In this document: piece by piece, positions 45,111 to 59,110 of the stretch
Layout of the letters: each line of letters begins with the position of its first letter
Position numbering within the stretch: the first letter of the stretch is position 1
From: Prorocentrum cordatum
Lineage: Eukaryota
DNA: 64,000 nucleotides
Direction of reading: 5' to 3'
Assembly: GCA_963575745.1 (NCBI GenBank)
Contig: CAUYUJ010000270.1
Span: 496,001 to 560,000, forward strand
Notes under the pieces: model-generated
Database searches by the model: none
What the model was told of the DNA's origin: nothing
What the model saw: the letters and a program-made list of their open reading frames with translations, nothing else
Translations under genes and position numbers: made by a program

Positions 45111-46330
45111 CGGATCAGGGGGGACATTTCGCTGACGACTGACGGCCACGGCGAGGGGGCCACGACGTCAGGGGCGAGGGGCCAGAGGGGAGCCCTCCGG
45201 GATGGCCAGATCCCCGGCGCCGCTGCGAGCACCGCGGAGCGGGAGGACCAGGTCTTGGGAGCCTTGCCCGAACCGCCGCCCTGTCCCCCGCCACGGACGC
45301 CGGCCGGCGGGTGGAGCAGCTGCCGCTCCTCGCGCGCCTAGCTTGCGGCGCTCCTCAGCGATGGCCGACTCGGCGGCAAGCTGCCTCGAAATCCACTCGG
45401 CCAGGGCGGGCGCAACCATGGGCCCGCGCGTGGACTGCGTGCCCGCGAAGCCGAACTGCTCGTCGCCACCACTGCTCAGGGAGCGCGAGCTGACCAGCTT
45501 GTCCTTGCACCGTTCCTCGCAGAGCTGCAGCTGCCGCGCGACGTGACCCATCGAGGCCAAATTGGAGCCATCGGCCTGCCATGCGACTGGGCAACCTGCG
45601 CGCTTGTCGAAAACTCGCGATGCATGCAGACGATCGGATCGGCAGGCGCCACCGCGGGGCCCAAAGCAGCCTTCCCGGCAAGGTGGTGTCCCAGTAGATC
45701 CGCCATTCTCGAACTGGTAGGTGGCCACCCAGCGGCAAGTGCAAGGCCCAGGCATCGGCCAGTCTGGGAGAGACGTCGGCCGCATGAGCTGCGAACTGCC
45801 CCGGCACTCTCGATGCCGCTGCCCCTCCCGATCGCGCGCGGCGGCGAGCGCGCGGAGGTCGCCCTCGGCGGCGGGCGCGCCGCCGTCTGCGGCCGCGGGG
45901 CCGGCAGGGGAAGCGGGGTCAGGACCTGCGCCAGGGGGGCCAGCCACCAGCGCCGCGCCTCGAGCCCGGCGAGCCCTCTGGCTGCGGCCGGCGCGGGCGG
46001 GCCACCTGCGGGGGCGGCGGGGGCTGGGGCGGCGCCGGCGGCGCCAGGTACGGCTGCAGGGGCCCCAGCCGCGACGCCGCCGCCCAGGGGGCCAGGATCG
46101 CGCCAGCGGGGACCATCGCCAGGGGAGCAGCGCCTCCGCCACCAGCAGCAGCAACAAGAGCGGGCCCAGGGCCCGCCGGGGGCTGGTCGTGCTCTGCAAG
46201 CTTCGCAGCGCCGGTCGCACAAACCCGGGCGAGCTGGGCGACCGTCGGCACCGCGGCTAAGTCGAACCGTTGTCGGGGATCTTCTGACCTGGGTCAATCC
46301 ATACCCGGTTCAGCAGGAAACCAAAACCTG

Positions 46331-49300
46331 TTATCCCGGCAAGGCAACCTAACAGCGATGTGTAGGAGCATATCTGGAAGCATTCCCCTTAAGATGAAAG
46401 TGATAATCCAATTGTAGAATTCTGCCGTTCTCGCAATCGTAGTCGCATTCGCGATGACAGCCGCAGCGGCAACGGCAGTCGCAGTCACAGCCTCAGCCTC
46501 AGCCTGCCTCAGCCTCAGCCTCAGCCAGCCTCAGCCTCAGCCTGCCTCAGTCTCAGCCTCACCCTGCTTCAGCCTCAGCATCAGTCTGCCTTCAGCCTCG
46601 GCCTCAGCCTCCGCCTGCCTCAGCCTCAGCCTGCATCAGCCTCAGCCTCAGCCTTGGCCTGCCTCAGCATCAGCCTGCCTCAGCCTCAGCCTCAGCCTGC
46701 CTCTGCCTCAGCCTCAGCCTGCTTCAGCCTCAGCCTCAGTCTGCCGTCGGCCTCAGCCTCAGCATCAGCCTGCCTCAGCCTCAGCCTGCATCAGCCCCGG
46801 CCTCAGCCTTAGCCTGCCTCAGCCTCAGCCTCAGCCTCAGCCTGCCTCAGCCTCAGCCTGCCTCAGCCTCAGCCTCAGCCTCAGCCTCAGCCTGCTTCAG
46901 CCTCAGTCTGCCTGCAGCCTCGGCCTCAGCCTCAGCCTGCATAAGCCTCAGCCTCAGCCTCAGCCTGCCTCAGCCTCTGCCTGCCTCAGCCTCAGCCTGC
47001 CTCAGCCTCAGCCTCAGCCTGCCTCAGCCTCAGCTTCAGTCTGCCTTCAGCCTCGGCCTCAGCCTCAGCCTGCCTCAGCCTCAGCGTGCATCAGCCTCAG
47101 CCTGCCTCAGCCTCAGCCTCAGCCTGCCTCAACCTCAGCCTCAGCCTGCTTCAGCCTCAGCCCCAGTCTGCCTTCAGCCTCGGCCTCAGGCTGCCTCAGC
47201 CTCAGCCTGCATCAGCCTCAGCCTCAGCCTCTGCCTGCCTCAGCCTCAGCCTGCCTCAGCCTTAGCCTCAGCCTGCCTCTGCCTCAGCCTCAGCCTGCTT
47301 CAGCCTCAGCCTCAGTCTGCCTTCAGCCTCGGCCTCGGCCTCAGCCTGCATAAGCCTCAGCCTCAGCCTCAGCCTGCCTCAGTCTCAGCCACAGCCTCAG
47401 CCTCAGCCTCAGCCAGCCTCAGCCTCAGCCTCAGCATGCTTCAGCCTCAGCCTCAGTCTGCCTTCTTCCTCGGCCTCAGCCTCAGCCTGCCGCAGCTTCA
47501 GCCTGCCTCAGCCTCAGCCTCAGCCTCAGCCTACCTCAGCATCAGCCTGCCTCAGCCTCAGCCTCAGCCTGCCTCAGCCTCAGCCTCAGCCTCAGCCTGC
47601 TTCAGCCTCAGCCTCAGTCTGCCTTCAGCCTCGGCCTCAGCCTGCCTCAGCCTCAGCCTGCATCAGCGTCAGCCTCAGCCTCAGCCTGCCTCAGCATCAG
47701 CCTGCCTCAGCCTCAGCCTCAGCCTGCCTCAGCCTCAGCCTGCGTCAGCCTCAGCCGCAGTCTGCCTTCAGCCTCAGCCTCAGCCTGCCTCAGCCTCAGC
47801 CTCAGCCTGCTTCAGCCTCAGCATCAGTCTGCCTTCAGCCTCGGCCTCAGCCTCCGCCTGCCTTAGCCTCAGCCTGCATGAGCCTCAGCTTCAGCCTCAG
47901 CCTGCCTCAGCATCAGCCTGCTTCAGCCTCAGCCTCAGCCTCAGCCAGCCTCAGCCTCAGCCTCAGCATGCTTCAGCCTCAGCCCCAGTCTGCCTTCAGC
48001 CTCGGCCTCAGCCTCAGGCTGCCTCAGCCTCAGCCTGCATCAGCCTCAGCCTCAGCCTCAGCCTGCCTCAGCATCAGCCTGCCTCAGCCTCAGCCTCAGC
48101 CTGCCTCAGCCTCAGCCTCAGCCTGCTTCAGCCTCAGCCTCAGTCTGTCTTCAGCCTCGGCCTCAGCCTCAGCCTGCCTCATCCTCAGCCTCAGCCACAG
48201 CCTGCCTCAGCATCAGCCTGCCTCTGCCTCAGCCTCAGCCTCAGCCTCAGCATTCTTCAGCCTCAGCCTCAGTCTGCCTTCTTCCTCGGCCTCAGCCTCA
48301 GCCTGCCTCAGCATCAGCCTGCCTCAGCCTCAGCCTCAGCCTGCTTCAGCCTCAGCATCAGCCTGCCTCAGCCTCAGCCTCAGCCTGCCTCAGCCTCAGC
48401 CTGCGTCAGCCTCAGCCTCAGTCCGCCTTCAGCCTCAGCCTCAGCCTGCCTCAGCCTAAGCCTCAGCCTGCTTCAGCCTCAGCACCAGTCTGCCTTCAGC
48501 CTCGGCCTCAGCCTCCGCCTGCCTTAGCCTCAGCCTGCATGAGCCTCAGCTTCAGCCTCAGCCTGCCTCAGCATCAGCCTGCTTCAGCCTCAGCCTCAGC
48601 CTCAGCCAGCCTCAGCCTCAGCCTCAGCATGCTTCAGCCTCAGCCCCAGTCTGCCTTCAGCCTCGGCCTCAGCCTCAGGCTGCCTCAGCCTCAGCCTGCA
48701 TCAGCCTCAGCCTCAGCCCGCCTCAGCGTCAGCCTCAGCCTCAGCCCGCTTCAGCCTCAGCCTCAGTCTGCCTTCGGCCTCGGCCTCAGCCTGCCTCAGC
48801 CTCAGCCTGCATCAGCCTCAGCCTCACCCTCAGCCTGCCTCAGCATCAGCCTGCCTCAGCCTCAGCCTCAGCCTGCCTCAGCCTCAGCCTGTTTCAGCCT
48901 CAGCCTCTGCCTCTGCCTTCAGCCTCGGCCTCAGCCCGCCTCAGCCTCAGCCTGCCTCAGCCTCAACATCAGCCTGCCCCAGCATTCAAAATGTGGCCCT
49001 GGAATGGAGTTCTGGGAAGTCGAACAACACGAAGTGGCATACAGTTGGCTCCTGGCATTCAAAATCATGCCGAAGAATCCCACCAGCCCTTTAGGGCGTA
49101 GGTGGTCTAGAGAGTTTCCTCTGCCAACCCCCCTTCTTTCCCTTCGGGGAGGGGTTTACCCCTCCCCTTACCCCTCCCCACTGACCTGGACGGGGCGTTC
49201 CGCGACGCGTTGGGACGCCCAAGATGGCCCAAGACTGCTCCAAGAGCGAAAAGGCGAGAAAACACAAAACATTGATTTTCCTTAGGTTTTGGAAGGATTT

Positions 49301-50981
49301 TGGCCTCTTGGGGGGGCCCAAGAGGCGATCCGAGGCACTCTAGAGGGGCGAGGCTAATTAAGGCTCCCCCCTTCTTTGATAGATCTCCTCCAAGATGGCC
49401 CCAAGTGCGCCCCGAAGGCTCCCAAGAGCGCCCCAAGAGCGCCCCAAGAGCGCCCCAGAGAGACCCCAAGAGGCCCCCAAGAAGCCTCTAAGAGGCTGCC
49501 AAGAGACCCCCAAGAGGCCCCAAGAGAGTCCAAGATGGCCCAAGACGGCTCCAAGAGCGAAAAGGCGAGAAAGCAAAAAACATTGATTTTACCTAGGTTT
49601 TGGAAGGATTTTGGCCTCTTGGGGGGCCCAAGAGGCGACTCGAGGCACTCTAGAGGGGCAGCGCTAATATACGACCCTCCCTTCTTTGATCGATCTCCTC
49701 CAAGATGGCCCCAAGAGCGCGCCGAAGGCTCCCAAGAGCGCCCCAAGAGCGCCCCAAGAGCGCCCCAAGAGGGCCCCAAGAGGCCCCAAGAGGCCCCCAA
49801 GATGCCCCCAAGAGGCTCCCAAGAGACCCCCAAGAGGCCCCAAGATGCTCCCAAGATGGCCCAAGACGGCTCCAAGAGCGAAAAGGCGAGAAAGCAAAAA
49901 ACATTGATTTTCCTTAGGTTTTGGACGGATTTTGGCCTCTAGGAAGGCCCAAGAGGCGATTCGAGGCACTCTAGAGGGGCAACGCTAATAAGCAACCCCC
50001 CCTTCTTGATAGATCTCCTCCAAGATGGCCCCAAGAGCGCCCCGAAGGCTCCCAAGAGCGCCCCAAGAGCGCCCCAAGAGGGCCCCAAGAGGCCCCAAGA
50101 GGCCCCCAAGAGGCCTCCAAGAGGCCTCCAAGAGACTCCCAAAAGGACACAAGAAGCTCCCCGAGATACGCAAGAGGCCCCCGGGACCGCCAAGAGGCCC
50201 CAAAGACGGCCCAAGAGGCCCCCAAGCTCGCCATTGTCCTCCTCCTCCTCCTCTTTTTCTCCCTCCTCCCTCCTCCCCCTCCCCCTCCTCCTCCTCCTCC
50301 TTCTCCTCCTCCTCCTCCTCCTTCTCGTCCTCCTCGTCCTCGCCCTCCTCCATCTCCTCCTCCTCATCTTCCTCCTCCTCCTCCTCCTCTTCCTCCTCCC
50401 CCTCCTCCTCCTGCTCCTCCTCCTGCTCCTCGTCTTCCTCCTCCTACTCCGACGACGACGACTCCTCCTACATCCTCCCCCTCTTGGAACGTATGGCGGC
50501 TTAACCCGCTCTTTGTTCTTCTGCATGCTCCCCCGCTTCCCTCATCACCTCCCCTCCTCTGGGGCTCATTTCTGGACGGGCTGGTGGGGATACGCGAAGC
50601 GTCTAGAATAAAGTTCTGGGAGCTCGAAAAACACGAAGTGGCCTACAATTGGCTCCGGGCATTCAAAATCATGCCCAGGAATGGAGTTCTGGGACCTCGA
50701 AGACCACGATGTGTCCTACAGTTGGCTCCGGGCATTCAAAATCATGCCCAGGAATGGAGTTCTGGGAACTCGAAGACCACGATGTGGCCTACGGTTGGCT
50801 CCGGGCATTCAAAATCATGGCCACGAACGGAGTTCTGGGAACTCGAAGACCACGAAGTGCGTTACTGCTGGCTAAAAAAATCCCCGGCATCCTCCCCCGG
50901 ATCGCGCCCAGACCCCCCTGGGGCGTCAAGATGCTCTCTTTTGGCCCTACTAGAAACCTATCAGTCTTCGCTCTCAGGTAA
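46331..50981. mobile_element. Family 1, copy 4 ((CTCAGC)n 46487-48982; 73-bp satellite split by a family-3 copy)
   Basis: TTATCCCGGCAAGGCAACCTAACAGCGA ... TCGCTCTCAGGTAA. Confidence 0.8.
49078..50608 (+). mobile_element. Family 3, copy 2, with an internal ~315-bp triplication and CCCCAAGA repeats
   Basis: aa|TCCCACCAGCCC ... GGGCTGGTGGGGA-t-ACGC-gaa-GCGT-CTAGAA|t; removal restores one 73-bp satellite unit. Confidence 0.85.
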
Positions 50982-51389
50982 CAATGCAAGAAAAAACTGC
51001 ACCGCAGGTCTTCGCTGACCTGGGTCAGCCAAAACGCGCGGCCGCCTCGCGGCCACGAGCGGCTCCCTAACCCGGGTCAGCCAGAGGGGGTCTTCGCAGG
51101 ATCCTGCAGGATCTGGCGCCCTGGCTGACCCCCGTCTGTATTGACCCCCGTCTCAAGGCTCCCGACGTCGAAGGCCGCACCCATCGGCGCTGCGGCACCT
51201 CCCCACTCCTTCCACCAGTTGCGGATGTCCGGGTTCCCCGGGTCGCACTCTCGACGTACAAGCCGAAGCCGGGCGTGAGGACAGCGAAGTGCTCTGGCAC
51301 CCGAGACGAAAGGCCTACCGCGATGCGCTTGTGCGCCAGGCGGGGAGGCGGCTTGTCATACTCAACCCCGATCTCATCGCCCACGGGTA

Positions 51390-51875
51390 TCATGAAAAGC
51401 GGCCCAGACTTCCGACGCGGGGCGGCCGCCGATCAGGCGTCTCAACGCACACCGGCTGCTGCGCGGTCGAAGTGGCTACGCCCCCGATGGCGGGCCGCGC
51501 TGCGCGGCCTTGGCAAGCGCAGCGCGCTGCGCGCAGCGCCAGCGACAGGGCCCAGCGGGCGAGCTCGGAGGCCAGGAGCAGCAGGCCGCGGATCGCCCCC
51601 TCCCAGGCCAGGGAGGGACGATGATGCCCGTCGCCCGCCTTGCACGAGGGGCAGGCTGGGCACGGCGAGGGGCAGGCGCGGCTCGCCTCCCTCGCGTCCA
51701 GGGCGGCCGCCAGGCAATCCGCCAGCGGCACCTGGACCCCGGCGGCCTCGCCAGGAACGGGCCCGCCTCGGGCAGCGGGGGCGGCGCGGCCGCCAGAGGA
51801 GGCGCGGCGGGCGCCTGTGGGGCCGCGGGCGCTGCCAGGAGCAGCCACCAGCGCGCCAGGACCAGCAGGATGCAA
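51390..51875 (-). pseudogene. Upstream ORF0 of the decayed YR element (CP-rich motif plus hydrophobic segment)
   Basis: CPSPCPACPSC...AIRGLLLLASELARWALSLAL; its TGA overlaps the gag ATG (ATGA at 51390-51393). Confidence 0.45.
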
Positions 51876-52032
51876 TTGCTCGCGAGCGGGAGGCCGAGCC
51901 CGGTTCCACTGAGGCGCATCTGAGGGAGGGCCTCACCCTCAAGAAGAGGACTTGAGCAGGCGCGGCTGCGGAGCATCGGCGCGACCGCGACGGCCCTCGG
52001 TTCAAAAAGAGATGAGATGTGCAAGACACTGC

Positions 52033-54235
<2,203 letters not shown>

Positions 54236-55106
54236 CTACGAAACGTGCGAGCGGTGCGCAGACTCGGGCGTGGGACGCATGCGACACCGCTATTGGGGCC
54301 TTCCGCGGAGATATACGGGGCCACAAACCGTGTGGGGTGTGTGCCGAAATTATTCTTGGGTACTTCTGCATGAGAAATCAGCAACTGGGAATCTTTCATA
54401 TGGAATCTTATTAATGGTTTCCTAATGGAGCATCCTCGGTCTGGATGCCTTACAAAGTAACTCCAAGAAAAACGTGTCTATTAAGGACACCTTTTTTCAA
54501 GACGCTGAAACATTGGAATTTTCACTCGGGAAGCACGCCAGGGCACAGCAGCGCCTGGAGCTGAGCAAAGCGAGGCACAGCTTGGAACGGAGCTGCAAGT
54601 AGCAGGGCCGGGGTCAGAGCAGGGCAAAGCAGAGCAGAAGGTTCGTGAACTTGGAGCTGATGAACTGGCCGGGGAGTGCTGATTAAGGATGTTTTAGTAA
54701 GGGGTCCTTCTGGAAGGATTCCGGAATAAGAGATGTTCAATGGGAAATCTGTCCTGGGAATCCGTACGAATTGTATCTTAGGAAGGAGCCCAGAATAAGG
54801 AGTCCTTCATACATAAGCCCGATTCAGAAATTCCGACTAAGGAGTCCTTTATCCAGGAATCCTGGCAGGGCATCGCAGGGCCTTGAGCACAACAGGGCCA
54901 GGCACAGCGTGTGGCAAAGCTGTACGTACTAGGGCCTGGGGCAAGCGCGGGGCAAGGCGGAGCTGAATGGAGCAGTAGGTTCGTGGACTTGGAGCGGAAG
55001 TTCTAGCCAGGGAACCCTGATTTATGGCATCAGTATTGCAAATTCCTTACTAGCAATCCTTAGTGGAATCCTTAGTGGGGGATCCTTCTTAGATAATGTC
55101 TTTAAA

Positions 55107-56348
55107 TCCGCCGACCCTGTCGGCGTGTGTGAGGGGCTTGTCCGTTCAAGTCGGCCTCTCCGTCATTCGTTGGTCGTCGTCTCTGTCGTCCCCTTTCCTT
55201 GCCTCCCCCCTTTTTCCTGGGCTCGTCGAAGCTCCCCCCTTTCCCAGGGACCTCCTCAGCGCGCCAGCCAAAGCGAAGTTGAGCAACGTCGGAATTGAGT
55301 CGAAGGGAAGCCCCTTCCCTTCGATCCTTCCCCCGCCAGGGGGGGGGGTCCCCGAGGGGGGTCCCGGGAAGGTCCTGGGGGGGGGGGGTCAGATACGACG
55401 CCCCCCCTGGGAGTCCCGGAGCCCAAAAGCCCCAAGACGGGCCAAGAGTACTCCAAGAGGCCCCAAAGACAGTCCAAGAGAACCCCGAATCGCCGAACGA
55501 TCTGTCCAAGACGCCTTGACGGCCTCCAGACGGCCCCAGAGGCCTGCAAAGCGCCCCAAGAGGCCTCCAGGAGCTTGCCCACGAGAGCCCCAAGAGGCAA
55601 AATGCATGGAATTCCCATACGTTTTTGACAGATTTTGGCGTTCTTGCCGCTTCCGCCTCCCGACGCGCCAAGACGGCCCAAGAGGCCCCGAAGATCGCAC
55701 CGAGACGGCCCAAGAAGCCCCCAACAGGGTCCCCTAACGGCCCAAGAGGGCCCCAAGACGGCCCAAGACGCCTCCAAGACGGCCCAAGAGGCCCCCAAGA
55801 TGGCTCCAGGAGAGTGCCCAGACGGGGGACCCGAACGGACATTTCGAGCTCTCAACCCCAAGAGGCCCCCAAGAGGCCCCGAAGAAGCCCCAAGAGGCCC
55901 CAAGAGACGCCCAAGGGGCCCCCAAGCTGCCCCAAGACAGCCCAGGAGAGCCCCAAATTGCCCAGGAGGCCTCCAAGAGTGCCTCGAGACGGCGCAAGAG
56001 GAGCCCTGGACGGCCCAAGACGGCCTCAAGAGAGCCCCAGGCTATCCCAAGAAAGCCTCTGGCCTCCTCCTCTTCCTTCTCCTCCTCCTCCTCCTCCTCC
56101 TCCTCCTCCTCCTCCTCCTCCTCCTCCTCCTCCTCATCCCCCCCTCTGCTCCCTCTCCTCCTGCTCTCCTCTGGCTCCTTCTCCTCCTCTTGCTTCTCCT
56201 CCACATCCTTCTCCCCCCTCCTCCTCCCTCATCCAGCTCCTCCACCCTTCCTCCACCTCCCACTCATCCTCCTCCCCCTGCTCCATCCCCCTCGTTTGCA
56301 TCTTCGTCGTTCTCAGGGTCGGCGGCACCGGCCGTAAGGCCTTCGCAA
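55107..56348 (+). mobile_element. Family 2, copy 3
   Basis: aa|TCCGCCGACCCTG ... CAGGGTCGGCGG-cacc-GGCC-gtaa-GGCC-ttcgcAA|t. Confidence 0.85.
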
Positions 56349-58483
56349 TAGTTTCTTAATACGGAATCCTTGGATAATGGAATGACCCATGAGGCTCTAA
56401 TGTATTCTGGAATCCTCTAGAAGGCTCTACGCGAATCTAGCGGGCACCCAGGTGCTCTCGTGAGCTCCAGGCTGGCTTCAGAAGGCTTTGAAGGGATTAG
56501 GGTGCTTCAGATGGATCTAGAAACCTCTGGCAGGTTTTGGAGAGATCCAGCATACTCTCTCGGTTGCTCTAGAGGGCGGACACACTTTTCGACCAGTTCC
56601 ACTGCGAGGGGCCTCTGAGGTGATCTCTCTGAGCAGAGCCTCTCTGCGAAGGGCCTACTGTCGGGTCCCAGGACGTTGGGAATTTCTGCAGGGGCTCTAG
56701 AGAGCTGTGGGACAATCTGGAAGGCTCCAGTGCTCTTGACGCCTTCTGAGAGCGCTCCTTAATCATACTGCTCGTATTCGTTGCCATCGCAATCATCAAC
56801 GTCATCGTCATCATCCTTCCTCCGCGCCCCGCGCGCACGGGAGGATGAGGGCGGGGGGGAAGGAAGGAGAGAGCGGGGGGGAGGTCGGGAGGATATGGGG
56901 CGCCGAGAAGATTTCTTGGGGTGCGTTCTGACCAGATGTTCGAAGATCATCCAGCCGAGGTGACGAGGAATCTCTAGGACGAATTACGGTATCGCCACCC
57001 TGCTCCCCTCTGACTTCCGGGCGCCTCCGAAAACCTACGAACGCCTTCGAAGGCCTCGATGTCCCCGCGCCCGGGGGAGGAGGAGCCGCCGCCCGGCCTG
57101 CATGAGCCGCCTCCTCCAGCCAGTGGCGCCCATCAGCTCGAGGACCTGCCGCCGTCGACTTCGTCGAGCCCCTTCTGCCTTCTCCCCCCTGCTCCCCCTT
57201 CCTTCCTCCCTCCTCCCCCTCCCCCTTCTCTCCTCCTCGTCCTCCCCCCTCCTCCTCCTCCTCCTCCTCCTCCTCCCCCTCCTCCTCCTCCTCCTCCTCC
57301 TCCTCCTCCTCCTCCTCCTCCTCCTCCTCCTCCTCCTCCTCCTCCTCCTCCTCCTCCTCCTCTTCCTTTTCCTTCTCCTCCTCCTCCTCCTCTTCCTCCT
57401 CCTCCTCCTCCTGCTCCTCCTCTTCCTGCTCCTATGCCACTCATTTCTATGCCGCCTGGCAGCTCGAGGATCTCGCTTCCTTAGCCGGCGCCCCAGTGCA
57501 GCTCACAAACCTGGCCCAGTTTTCTTCCGCAGCGACCGGCGCCGCTCTGGTAATGTTGCGGGCCGCCCGGTCGCCGCGCCCTTCCACGGAAAGTTTACAG
57601 CCCATTTGAAAGGCTCTAGCGGGTGAAATCGCATCGCAGGCTGAGCGCCCGAGCTTCATGGGATTCTTATTTTTGCTTGGGGGGCGGAATGGAGGTGGGA
57701 CGGAGGGGTCCGGAGCGCGCGCCCCGCGCCGCGCCGGCGCCGCATGCTCGGCCAGTGGGCTCGGCCCCCAGGCCGGAGAGGGCCGGGCGAGACGGCGGGC
57801 CGGCGAGCCGTCACAGATCGATGGCGTTGTCCGCAAGGGGTTGGCAGGCGACACTTGAGGATGAAACAAGGACGCCGGGAGCAAGGTTTTGAATGTCAGC
57901 GGCGATTAGAAGTATCCGGGCATGGGTTTCCTGCTCGGTTGTTGCAGGAGCCTTGAAGTGAAAAATTAGGAAGGCACGGCCGGGCGATGTTATCATGTTG
58001 AAAGTGCCCCCCTTCCTCTCCTTTGAACATCCAACGTTCATGTCTTCCCTCCGTTCATTCACTCCGCCCAGGCCCAGGGCACATGTCCGCTTTCGTTCCC
58101 CCGGTGCTGAGTGCAGGGCAGCTGCCCCCCTGGATGAAAATAACCTTTTCGGTGCAATGGTGCCGCAGCCAGCTCGGCCGCAGGTCCTCGGAAGGCCGAG
58201 CGAGCACTGGTCAGCTCTCCCCCTAACCCTCCACCTTTTTTTTTTACACTGGCCATGCAGAGAGTTTCGCAGGCCGCTCCCAGCCCCCAGCGCGGGACCA
58301 GAGCGGAAAGCCAAGGACCGGAGGCGCAACGGCGCCACCGCCAGAAGTGAAAAATGGGCACGGGCGGGTGGAACAAGCGGCCCCACTCTCGACCCCCAAG
58401 TGGCGCAGGACATGCTGCAGGGCGCATGCGCGCGCCGAGAAATGCGGAGGGAGCGGTGAGAGTCTAGCTTCGCTTCACCTTCA

Positions 58484-59110
58484 TTATCCCAGTGCGACCC
58501 TACCTAGGAGTTGGAGCCCCTAGGAAAGCAGCATTAGTAGTAATAGTAAAGCTAAGCTAAAGCTGAGCTAAAGCTAAACTAAAGCTAAGCTGAAGCTAAG
58601 CTAAAGCTAAGCTAAAGCTAAGCTAAAGCCGAGCTGAAGCTAAGCTGAAGCTAAGCTAAAGCTGAGCTAAAGCTAAGCTAAAGCTAAGCTGGAGCTAAGC
58701 TGAAGCTAAGCTGAAGCTAAGCTAAAGCTAAGCTAAAGCTAAAGCTAAGCTAAAGCTAAAGCTAAACTAAAGCTAAACTAAAGCTAAGCTATAACTAAGC
58801 TAAATCTAAGGCAACGCTAAGGTAAAGCTGGGCTAAAGCTAAGCTAAAGCTGAGCTAAAGCTGAGCTAAAGCTAAGCTAACACTAAGCTAAAGCTAAGCT
58901 CATGCTAAGCTTATGCTAAGCTAAGGCTAAGCTAAAGCCAAGCTAAATCTAAGATACAGCTAAAGCTAAAGCTTAAGCTTAAGCTAAAGCTCCCAGGGGA
59001 CTGGGGGAACCGCTCCCAAGGGACTGGGGGAACCGCCCGGGGCGAGTTGCACTGCCCGGCCCCTTTAAGAAAGAGAGTAAGAACCCTCTAGGCAGAGCCT
59101 AGGTAGGGAA
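58484..59110. mobile_element. Non-autonomous family 4 carrying a (GCTAA/GCTAAA)n satellite (58550-58990)
   Basis: ca|TTATCCC-agtgcga-CCCTACCTAGG ... CCTAGGTAGGG-AA|tg: the same end architecture as family 1 with a different subTIR; single copy in the window. Confidence 0.65.

Larger units (their letters stand above)
45290..51393 (-). pseudogene. Gag-like remnant split by insertions (N-terminus 51170-51393, remainder 45290-46260)
   Basis: MIPVGDEIGVEYD...FAVLTPGFGLYVE; DWPMPGPCTCRWV...ENGG; NLASMGHVARQLQLCEE; MVAPALAEWIS...EERRK. Confidence 0.65.

Noticed and set aside
45168..46220. Signal-peptide-like LLLLLLVAEALL at the start of this ORF
   Set aside because: Appears to be an alternative frame of the decayed Ala/Gly-rich gag linker; the gag start maps to 51393.
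54530..55022. Diverged ~150-bp duplication (54530-54684 vs 54861-55022)
   Set aside because: Real but old, with no termini or coding signal that I can interpret.
58550..58990. GCTAAA array as telomeric repeat
   Set aside because: The unit is not TTTAGGG or TTAGGG and the array is bounded by family-4 termini.
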